DNA of 64,000 nt from Octopus vulgaris. Taxonomy: Eukaryota. The stretch spans positions 79,174,001 to 79,238,000 of the forward strand of contig OX597827.1 in NCBI GenBank assembly GCA_951406725.2, read 5' to 3'. Under the pieces are notes generated by a model that saw nothing but the letters and a program-made list of their open reading frames with translations, ran no database searches and was not told the DNA's origin. Numbering within the stretch: the first letter of the stretch is position 1; each line of letters opens with the position of its first letter. Made by a program: the position numbers and the translations under genes. Shown here one piece after another: positions 52,893 through 64,000 of the stretch.

Positions 52893-53669
52893 AGGACAAT
52901 CCATTAAATCTAATAAGAAAAATGGAAAATGTATACCGCTTATGATGTGACAGAGTTACCTCCCTGGACTATATGAATACCTTGATGCGTAAGATGGCCG
53001 TTAAAATGCATTTCTGGACGTATAAGGTGGCTTTGATAATCATAGAAGCCTGCTGAGATATACGCAACCTCTATGATATAATTAATACTTTGCAATACTA
53101 TTTGCTGGAATGAGGTTATTACATGGTTGCAAGTAAATATACTTTGCACAGTTCAGGAGACGGGAGAGGCAGATTATTGTGAATGCTGTTCCCTGATGAA
53201 GAATGTCCTACTTGACATAGACTAAGCATTGGCGAGGTCAGAGTTAGAGCCGTACTGGCTCAGAGACTCAGAACCATTTAAAGAAGTAAGATACAGGAAT
53301 TGAAGAAGTCCCTGACCAGTCGTGGGTTGAGAGTTCTAACTGACACATAGGAAGGTCAAGTAGACAAAGACTTATACCATTGAAGACAAATGGGATAACC
53401 TGGTGATGGTTACTGCCTGAATCTATAGCTGGGAGCAGATGGGGGACGACATGGTGCTGAAATAGTCCTCAGGACAGAGTAAAAAACTATTGGAGGCAGG
53501 TTTGTAAAGATTGAAAGAAAGAGGGCAGCAAATAATAATAATACCAATGAACTAGAAGAGCTGTTAGACATGTAGTAGATTTCGTGACCTTCCTTCACCA
53601 GATTTAGCAAGGAAGAATCAATAAGTGGTTTACACATGTGTGACATGAAGATTGGAAGTGTTTAGAATG

Positions 53670-54505
53670 TTATGGATTGCAAAGCAGTGTATAAGAAAGA
53701 ATCAAGAGACCATTGGGGAGGAGTGAATATGGAGGGATACACTTGTCTTTGATGACACCAAAATAAGAGACATGGAAGTACTTTAATGAAAGGAAGATGT
53801 ATGGGTGAGAGAGGGAAGGTCTACCCTAAGTAGACCTGTCACAGGGACTAGCTCTTAAAAATGTCAAGTGTAGTAAGGTGTCAAGTGCAGTTAAGGATAT
53901 GAAAGATGGGAAATTAGCAGATCCATCAGTGACAGATGCTGAGTTACTTAAAATATATGGTGAAATAGAGTAGATGTGAGTCACTTGCATTAGACAGTCA
54001 AGTAGTACAAGAAGGCATCATACAGCAGTTTCATTATTTATTGTTACAAAGACAAAGGTGATGCACTAAAATAGGGGAAATTTCAGAAACTTTAGCTTGT
54101 TGGATTAAATTCTAAAGGTTATGGAAAGTGTTACATTACAGTTGATTAGGAATAGATTTAGCCTGGAAGAGATGCATTTATGCTTTGTACTGGGAAGAAA
54201 CAGTACTGAAGACATTTTCAAGTGAGTTGACTGCAGGAGAAAGTACTTAGCTAGGAGTCAGCCCCTATACCCTGTATTCATTGATGTAGAAAAGGCCCTT
54301 TACAGGGTTCTTCATTCTATAGTCTGGTGGTTGCTAAGGAAGCTGCATGGCCTGTGAAAGCCTATAGAAGCTATGTATAGAGACACAATTAGCAACATGA
54401 GAAATAGCAATGAGTTCAGTGATGAATTGAGCGTTGAGAGAAGGGGTCCATGACGGCTTGGTTTTGGTCTCCACCTGTTTAGTGCAGTGCTCCAGGCCAT
54501 AACAG
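53670..54505 (+). mobile_element. Degenerate RTE-clade LINE fragment (duplicate of 43950-44785)
   Basis: Near-identical sequence. Confidence 0.7.
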
Positions 54506-55319
54506 AATTGTGTAATGAACAATGGTATTTGATCTGTCTGTAATCACTTCACCATCATCTTTCTATCTCTCTACATTTCTTCCATCATGATTCATATATT
54601 ATAAGGGATGGCATCAAATTGACACATTTCCAGTATCTCTATACCATTACCCTTCTTTACACCTAACCATCATTATCTCTCCTTCACATAACTCTCCAGT
54701 GATATCTATGACTTTCACCATCACCTATATTTATTGCTACCTTATCATACAACTCATCATTTAAGCTCCTTACCAACAACAAACATATAGCTGTCACTGT
54801 CTCCTTCCCTGGTATTCTCTGTATTTCCCTCATCACATTTATACACATACTCTCCTGTTACTCTCTTGGTCATCCCTCACTTCTATCAACCTTCTCAGTC
54901 AGGTTTCTTTGGAAGAACAATAGAATAGTAAAAAATTCCTTAGTTTTGCAGGGAACAAGGCAACAGTAACATCCACTCTGTACAATGGTTTGTAAAGAAG
55001 GACATAAAGCCATAGAAACTCTGTCAAAAAGCTTCTGCTCACCTTGCAACTATCAGGCTTCATCAAGAAAATCTTTCCCAGATCTGCACTCTCATGTGGA
55101 GTTGTTTGGTTAATCTTGACTGATGGAGGCCCAATAAAATATCTCACATAGCTGTAACAATACTAGATTTTTTGGAGGGATATACAATTGCTAGAATTGA
55201 CAGCTATAAAGCAATTGGTAGTTATATGAGTCTGATTTAAAACAAGCACTTGTTTAATGGCCACTGAAAGGATGGAAAATAAGGTTGACTGTCCATCAGT
55301 CATAGAAGGCTACAGTTTA

Positions 55320-56150
55320 TTTATAGGGATCACAAAAGCAATGCTATGAAGAAGTTGAAAGAAGGGGAAATAAACATTGAAGATAAACCATGCAGTAGGG
55401 GACAACTGGTGCACATCTGCAGTGAGTGGACGACTTGATTCACAGAAACAAGTCACAAACCATGAAGTTACTGCACATCTGGACTGTGACTACAATACAT
55501 CAAAGAAGATTGTAGAAGATTTTGGGTATCAGAAAGCATGTGTGAAATGGGTACTTTGCTAGCCGAGAAGGGTGAAAATCAGCTCTGATCAACTGGAAAC
55601 ATTTGAAGCCGATGAAGACATGTTTTTCATGATCTGCTGATAGGAGATGAAACGTGGGTTTATCTTTATGATCCAGAACCAGAGACCCAGTCGATGGAAT
55701 GGTGTCATAACTTTTATCCAAGACCTAAGAAGTTCAAGAGTCAGGGATTGGCAGATGAGGTAATGGGGGCTGTTTTGGGAATGACAAGGACATTATTCTC
55801 CTTGATTTCCTGGAATGTGGCTGAACCATGAACAACTGGGACACACAAGGGGCTTAAAGAAAGCATTAAGAGGAAGAGGTTGAACATGAAGCTGTAATCA
55901 TCCTGACAATGTGTGACCACATGTATCTTTGGCAATAAATCAGGCAATCAACGAAATTAAGCTGGTCACTGGTTCCCCATCCACCGTACAGTCTGGATCT
56001 GGCACCATTCACCTTCCACTTGTTCAGCCCAATGAAGGACAATATTTTCAGGGACACAAAGTAAAATTGGAAGAAATAGGAACAACAGGGCACACCTAAA
56101 TTTTTACAAAAAGGGGCAGATGAAAGTTTGGTTCAATAATGGTTCAAATA
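55320..56150 (+). mobile_element. Mariner-type transposase remnant (duplicate of 45600-46450)
   Basis: GDETWVYLYDPE, HPPYSLDLAPFTF. Confidence 0.85.
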
Positions 56151-56771
56151 CATAGCTTTTTTGTTGAATAGTACCTTTGTATAGAATAACTACTGAACTA
56201 TGCATATCCTTTGCCAGGGATTATCCTAGAAACTTAACAAACGGAACTGCTAACTGATATTAAATTTTACCTAGGATTTTATTAACTTTTCGATCATGGA
56301 AGTACAAAACACAGCTATCTTTCACCCTGGAAATTTCTTGGTTTCTTGAAGAACTGGTAACTAATAACAACCTCGATTGATAGATTTCTATATTTTCTTT
56401 TTCTTTCTCTGATGATGGAACACCTGACATATACGGAATTCTTTACTCAATAACATCTGATCCAAATGCTTAGCTTTCTAGAAACAGCTGCGAGAGACTT
56501 TACATATTTATTATAACTAATCTGCACAGTGTTTATATTATCAATTACAAATTAAATGCTTTGAATGATGTCAAATATTTTACTTGTTCATTGTCTGTTA
56601 CAATATGTAAATTATTCAGTCATTCCAGAAGTATGAAGGAGCCAGACTCCATTAGGGGCCTGTGAAACTTGAAGTAGCACAGAAACTGAATCAAACTGTT
56701 ATAAATAATACATGTAACTCCTACTAAATGTGTTGAGAACCCCTTTTCATTCATTCGTCCACTCACTTATG

Positions 56772-56824
<53 letters not shown>

Positions 56825-56834
56825 ATTTATTTAT

Positions 56835-57060
56835 ACATATCGTGGCCGTTTGCCAGCCTCGTCTGACACCTGTGCTGGTGGCACGTAAAAAGCACCCACT
56901 ACACTCACGGAGTGGTTGGCATTAGGAAGGGCATCCAGCTGTAGAAACCCTGCCAGATCAGACTGGGCCTGGTGCAACCTTCTGGCTTCCCAGACCCCAG
57001 TTGAACCGTCCAACCCATGCTAGCATGGAAAGCGGACGTTAAACGATGATGATGATGATA
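56835..57060 (+). mobile_element. (GAT)n-tailed SINE-like repeat (duplicate of 47130-47355)
   Basis: Matching sequence. Confidence 0.8.
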
Positions 57061-57936
57061 CACACACATTACATATATGCGTATAAGGTAGGAGCAATGT
57101 CTATGATCACCATAAAGACTTTCAGACAGCCTAGACTCATGTGCATGAATGCAAACTGGGCTTTCTGGGGGTAAAGTAGTGAAGGAACAAAAGTACAAAG
57201 GGTTGAAGTTGTTGGTTAGAAATATCAAAAACAAAATGAAGTGATTAATGCAAGATTAAGCTGGGCTGAGATAAAGTAGGAGCAACAAAAAAAGAGGGAA
57301 CAGCATATCAGATGGGCTCTGTTAAAGTTGGAATGCAGTATGTTAATCTACAGGAAAAAAAAAACATTTCAATAATTGGAACATGGCTATAGATATGTCG
57401 GTGTGCATGTTAATAGTACTGTAAATAGGGATGTATATAAGGATGGCCTAGAGATAACACTGAAGTAGTTGCCTTTGGGATACAGTTTTGGTAAGGTTAT
57501 AATATGGTTGTGGAGAGAGAAAGAGAGAGAGAGAAAGAGAAAGAGAGAAAGAGAGAGAGAGAAATGTAAATACAAGTTGTAATATGTGAAACGAAAGGGG
57601 ACTGTCAATCCAATTGATACAAAAAAAAGTTGCAGTAATATTAAGAACATAAAGAAAATAGTTTATAAAAAAATGAGAAAATATTTTGCAATGATATATA
57701 TTCTAAGTATATAGATATTGAGTGTAAAATGATTCAATGAATGTTGCTGATTAAAACAGAAAATCTTCAAATAGAAATTTGTTTCAAAAAATAATTATGA
57801 AATGAATTGAATTTTTTTTCCAAATTAATTGTAAGTTAAACAATGTAAATCATGTTCATAATAACAGTTGCAAACATTTGCACTTAATTATATACCAAGG
57901 AATATATAATGGATATTTAACAAGATATATATATAT

Positions 57937-57973
<37 letters not shown>

Positions 57974-58035
57974 GTTTGTACTATGTAGCATCAGCGTTGA
58001 GTACATAATATAATATACTGTAGCTCTTCCTCCCC

Positions 58036-58075
<40 letters not shown>

Positions 58076-58297
58076 GTGTGTGTGATTCAAAGATGTAATC
58101 CAGATGAAATAATTGTATTACAATGACTACTGCAGTTCTTGTTGTTAATGGTGGAAGTATGGCTAGATCTCTCTATCCTCCACTGTCCCAGTCCCTGTAT
58201 ATATACAACATGGCAGACATTTTAGATATTATCCTTACCCTGTCTTTCATTAGAAACACAAATAATATAAATGTTATAATGAATATGAAAAGATAAT

Positions 58298-58337
<40 letters not shown>

Positions 58338-58770
58338 CTGCATTGTTTAATCCTTCACTGTAGTTGTGTGTGATGGATGATGTGTATCCTGCTGTAGTGT
58401 TCCACTCCAACTGCTGCTACTGCTGTAGTGGTATTATAGTGGTACTGCTGCTGTTGTAGTAGTGTTCCTGTGTTACTGCTGCTGCTGCTGCTGTTCCTGT
58501 GTAACTGCTGATATAATAGTGTGACAGTTGCTGTATGTAGTGGGAGGTGAGATGTTAGCCAGATGCTGGTGTGTGCTAGTTACAACTCTATGTCCTCCAC
58601 ACACACACACACACACACAATTGTGTGTATGATGAACAAAGAAAAAAGCTATCAGCCTCACTTTCAATATTGAAAGAAATATAGAAAATCTCTCTCATCC
58701 AATAGGAAATTACTGCAATGTGGTCTGTGTCACACAAACACATCAAATAAGAGAATTCATGTTACACTGA
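58338..58770 (-). promoter_or_regulatory. Putative P6 promoter module plus 5' leader exon (donor 58338, CCAAT 58699-58703)
   Basis: Copy of 21982-22405. Confidence 0.65.
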
Positions 58771-59325
58771 CGCAGCTTGATAATTTACAGGGATATTATA
58801 CTAAATATGACTTTATTACATACTTAGTCTTAAAAAGGAATTTCTATTAAAAAATTTATAATTATATTTGTTCGTTTCAGCTGAGTTTTATAACATTTAA
58901 TATGAGATGATAATTCATTAATTTCTCAATTCCTATAACGAAAAAAAACAAATAAAAAACTGACTAAACTTCAGAGAAGTGATAGAAAATGTTTGCCTGT
59001 AATGAATTAAATATACAAGAGATAAATTAATTAAATCCATTGTAAGATAACTAAAATTAATTGGTTTATACTAAGTAAAATATCTGTACCAACATAGAGT
59101 AATATTACTATTTTATAATAGTCAAGTATGGTAATGTAGAGTAAGGTGTTTGTAATATTTACTAAATCAAAGACGTAAATTAGGGGTCATAATATATGCC
59201 ACTGCAAGGCCCTTTATGTGTGATGTGTGAAAGAAACATAGAGTTGAGATTTTTATATGAATATAAAGTATTGTATAAGATTTGGTGTGTGAGAGAATCA
59301 TTTAACAATAGTCATGGAACATCTA

Positions 59326-59405
59326 CTATGTTGGCTGTAGATAGGTATCTTGTATTTGTTGTCCCTTTAGTATTGTGGCTGCAACTGGATTGTCATTGGT
59401 ATATT
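59326..59405 (-). CDS. PCDH: P7 terminal coding exon
   Basis: Copy of 13755-13834. Confidence 0.75.
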
Positions 59406-59569
59406 CTGCAAAATATCAAATATACAAACACAAATTACATTTCAATATAACAACTCCAATATATAAAGATAGAAACATTGATCTTGTATTACACTAAGCA
59501 TAACATTATATATTGTCCTACAGTAATAAAGGCAATTACATTTATATGTTATGTTTTGATAAAAGTTAC

Positions 59570-59714
59570 CTGGTTCTGCAGGTATCTCATCGTATGGTTT
59601 AGTCTTGCCATTACTCTTGCTAGCTTCTCTGTCCTTTTGGGATGTTAAGGTGTCACTGTTGTAAGACATGATGGAACTGGTGCGACGTTCTTGACTATGG
59701 ATTGAATCACATCT
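59570..59714 (-). CDS. PCDH: P7 cytoplasmic tail exon
   Basis: Intact acceptor and donor, 145 nt; synonymous TAT>TAC. Confidence 0.8.
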
Positions 59715-59899
59715 CTGTTGATTATAGAAAAAGGAATCTTGTATAAATATAAGTTTAGATTACAGCTAATAAAACAGTCTGAGGGACTGAAGTTGAGTTT
59801 TTTTGCAGTAATAACTGTACATAGATGAATAATGGATAAAATACTTCTACCTTTATAATGATAAGCAAAAAAACATCAATTATCCAAAATAATATTTAC

Positions 59900-62295
59900 C
59901 TGAGGCACAGGTGGAAGTCTCCTTTGTGTTGTTGAGAATTTCCATTCATCTGGTGTCTGTTCCATCTCCAGAAAAAACTGACTTTTAGATTTTATTGTCT
60001 GAAGATTTCGGTTAAATATCTCTTCTGCATTTCTCGTTATTGCAACAGGATTGTTAGTCTGATACAGTAATTGTCTCATCTCAGTCTGAGAGAGAAAGTT
60101 GGGATTCTCTGCTGTTGTGGGTGAGTTATTTGTGTGATTAATACATCTGAAAACACACAGTGTTATGGACACTACAATAGCCACAGATAGTATTACAGCT
60201 GCTGCTACAATGATAATTACCCAAGTCATATTCAGGTCGTGACCAGACTGGAATGGCACAGCAGTCAACATTGGAGATGTATCATTACTAACAAACAGTG
60301 TTAGTATGATAGCAGTTGTTGCTGATTGAACTGGAGTACCACCGTCTTTCACTATAAACTGCAGCTCATATGTTCCTGCATCATTTTGGTAAACTGTGCG
60401 AGAGAAAGATAACACACCAGTGTGTGAGTTCACTGTAAACAGGTTTTTATCATTGGATCTCAGTATTCCATATGTGAGGAAAGCATTGTTTCCAGTGTCT
60501 TTGTCAGATGCTCTCAGAATTGTGATGTCCTTCTTACTGTGTGGATGGTAGTGGACATCTAGATTGTAAGGGTCATTATTAGGAAACGTAAAATACGGAG
60601 CATTATCATTTTTATCTAGAATCTCAATAACAATATTGGCAGTGTCATTGAGAGAAGGTGTTCCATTATCTTTCACTAAAACCTGGAACTTATAGATGTC
60701 TTTCATTTCTCGATCTATTGGATGTGATGTAGAAATGAATCCATATTTTGTCAGTTGGAAAGGAATGTTATTGTTGTTATCATTGATGATAGAATATGTA
60801 AGTTGGCCTCCATCTCCAAGATCAGGGTCTGTAGCATTGATGAAGCCAATAGGGAAGTCAACTTTCTGGTTTTCATAGGTGAGGAATTGGAATGTCTCTT
60901 TGGTAAAATGTGGTTCTACATCATTGACATCAGTTACTTTGACAGAGAAATATTTTTACTTTCTAGTTGAGGTGACCCCATGTCATGACACACAATAGAT
61001 ACTTTATAGTGGTCCCTTATTTCTCTGTCAAGAGGGCCCTTAACAATCATTTTATATTCTTTAGAATCTATTTTGGCAAGTTTAAACTTATCATGTTTTA
61101 AATCACAGATAACCTCACCATTAGGTCCACTATCATTGTCAGTGACCATAACATAAGCTATAAAACTATCTACTTCACTGTCTTCTGAAACTGCTGTGGA
61201 ACTCTCTGATAAAGGAGATACAAAATCTATATTTATCAATGGAGCACTATTCTGGTTATTAATAATGAGAATCTGGACTTTGGTTACAGAACTTAAGGGT
61301 GAATTTCCATCATCCTGTGCTTCTATAAATAATTTATAAGACTGTTTTTTACTGAAATGAAAATTATCATGTAAAAATAAATCACCTGTTTTCTTATTTA
61401 ATACAAAATATTTCTGGATATTTCGAGATGTTTTATGGTTGAAATGATAAGAAATCTTTCCATTGTCTCCAGAATCTTGATCTGAGGCTTTTAAAGTAAG
61501 AATTGGTAAATGTCTTTGATGTGAATTACTTACAGAGATGTTGTAGAGTTTCTGAGAAAATACAGGTGTGTTATCATTGACATCTATAACAGATATGTGT
61601 ACCTTGAGTGTAGCTGTTTTGGGAGGATTCCCTCCATCTTTAGCTTCCAAGGTCAATATATATTTGTCTTTGAGTTCCCTGTCTAATTTATCTTCCAATA
61701 TTAATTCAGGTATGGAGACACCATCATGTCTTTTTTTGATTGAGAGAGAAAATGGTTCTCTTTTACTTTTCTTGATCATATAAGTAATTTGAGAATTCTT
61801 TATTGAAATATCTTGATCTATAGCATTTAGAAGTGGGATTTTATCTCCTTTTCTATCTCTTTCAGAAAATTCAATTTCAACTTCATTTTGTGGAAACTCT
61901 GGAGAATGGTCATTGATGTCTTCTATTAATATTTTTATCTTTAGAATCTTCATAAAAGTTTTTCCTTTCCTCACTGCTACTTTAACTATTCTGGAACATT
62001 CCTTGTTGTATGTACACAGAGACTCAGCATCCAGTGTTTGAGTAGTGTATAGTTTTCCTGAGTTGGTGACATTAAATAAGTGAGAACCACTCTCGACTGT
62101 CCTTTGTAGTTGTGTAAATGTAATGAGAGTGTGTTGTTGATGTGTGAGAGGGTGTGATAAGTTGGAGTCAACAGCAATGTCTCCTATATAGGTGTGAGGT
62201 CTGCCTTCTTCCTTGACATGGTATGTAATATCTATGGACAGTACAAGGGTGATCAGTAAATGTAGAAGACACAGTAGACCAATATATGCTGTCAT
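59900..62295 (-). CDS. PCDH: Protocadherin P7 large exon with one -1 frameshift in a homopolymer (T5 at 60953-60957 versus T6): probable assembly error, otherwise pseudogene
   Basis: Full-length paralog split between ORFs 60934-62295 and 59876-60706; donor at 59900; acceptor at 62333. Confidence 0.8.
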
Positions 62296-62410
62296 GTCTG
62301 GAATTCTTCATCACATTTCAGCAGGAGAAATTGCTACAAAAAAAAAAAAAAGCAGTATTGAAAGTAAAATAACTTATAGAAATAATAAGAGACACATGAA
62401 TGTTATACAC

Positions 62411-62555
<145 letters not shown>

Positions 62556-64000
62556 GCACACATAATGTTCTGTTCTTTTATGGGAAGATCAACAGACATG
62601 TTAAGAAATACTGTCTGGCATGCTCTCAGCACAGTGAAATTAATAGCAGTACATAAAAACATATATAGTTTATGAAATAAAATCATACACACACACACGT
62701 AAATATACTCTATTATACCCAACTGCACAATTCAAAATATATCTTCTCTTGATAAGACATTCATCAATATTATACATGAGCAGAGTTATTTTTGTGGAAT
62801 ATACTAGCACATTCATAGTTTTAGGCCTTTAACCTTCAGGCTACTCCCTCATATGAAATGCTTATATAGTCACATTTTTTTTCTCTCAATAATGCATTAT
62901 CTTGTAGGTTCAAAATTTTGATGATGTGATTGTTTATATTTGGAATGAGTAAGTGTGAGAGGCCTGATCTGGCCAGTTTGAACAGAAAATATAGAATATC
63001 TGGGCTGGATATGATCAGTTTAAATGCTAAAATGTTAATATGAAATTCTTAGCATGTCTCATAGTTTATCATTCAGAATTCCTCATGTAGAGACTATATT
63101 CTGTGTAAGCCAATGTTTTGTAGTTTCTCTGTTTATTTGACTTTGACAATTATTGAATAGATAGTTGTAGTTTTATTGAGATATATTCTAATCAGAATAT
63201 TAGCAGGAACAGATGCAATACATTGTTTAAATTAAACAATAAGCATTTCAAAACATAGAATAATTAAACATCTTAAAATTAATTGAGATTATAGCTAAAA
63301 CTATACACATTAATTCACATTGCAAAAAAATATTTGAAATTTAATTCACATCAACGAAATACTTAGAGCAAAATTCATGTAATTTGTATGTATTTATGGT
63401 TGGGTGAATGTAACCCTACTAAAATGGTTTAAGCTGTATAAGTGGGTTGGGATTTCAAATTCCAATCTACTCAGGAAAGAAAGAAAAATATTTTTCTAAA
63501 AGTACTGAGATTGACTTCATTATTTCAAACAGTGACAAAACTTAAGGAATCTTGTTGTGGGATGCAGAAAACTTTCTTCATAATACATATTTTGACAACA
63601 ATTATTAAAAATGATGTGGTGATATTAATAACAGGGACAAAATAATTTATAAAATTATGTAGAAATGTTTTACAACATTTTTAATAAAAGAAAGATTAAG
63701 ATTATAAAATATTAGATGCTTAAAAAAAAGAATCATAATAATTTCCAGAAATTTCTAGAAATTTTAAATTGACTAAATCGCAACAAAACTATTTTAAACA
63801 ATATTTACTACAAACGATAAGTAGGCTTCATAACATACTGCTACATATAATATATTTGAGAAATATTTTGTTATATTATAATAACTATAACAATGTAATG
63901 TCAGTTTGTAGAAAGCAGATGATGGTATTTCTGATAAAATTCTCAACAAATCTTCAGAATTCATCAATTGTTGTCTGAGTTAATATATTTTAGCAACACA

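Larger units (their letters stand above)
52720..61140. repeat. Recent tandem segmental duplication, copy B
   Basis: Near-identical to 43000-51560, including TE remnants and the 185-nt intron. Confidence 0.9.

Overview
AT-rich, microsatellite- and SINE-rich animal DNA, most likely a coleoid cephalopod (Octopus-like, inferred from the SINE families and the protocadherin type). The window holds a head-to-tail array of seven protocadherin genes (P1-P7, left to right) on the minus strand, plus the relic of an eighth. Splice sites read from the sequence give a 4-exon unit for P2-P7. First is a near-identical promoter and 5' leader exon (P7's lies beyond the window). Second is a ~2.4 kb exon encoding signal peptide, six cadherin repeats, TM and proximal tail, ending at a phase-0 donor after PPVPQ. 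Third is a 145-nt tail exon, and fourth an 80-nt terminal coding exon. P1 is more divergent and its tail exons are not in the window. P4 and P7 carry single-base frameshifts (pseudogenes or assembly errors). Main observations: EC1, EC4-EC6, TM and tail are homogenised while EC2-EC3 are diversified in a patchwork; P6 is a P5/P7 chimera from a ~9.7 kb unequal crossover; a conserved splice-spanning uORF ends on the main ATG (ATGA overlap); a repeated promoter module sits <1 kb behind the previous gene's stop; and the EC3-EC4 linker lacks Ca2+ ligands. Intervals contain CR1-like and RTE-like LINE remnants, mariner remnants and SINEs.
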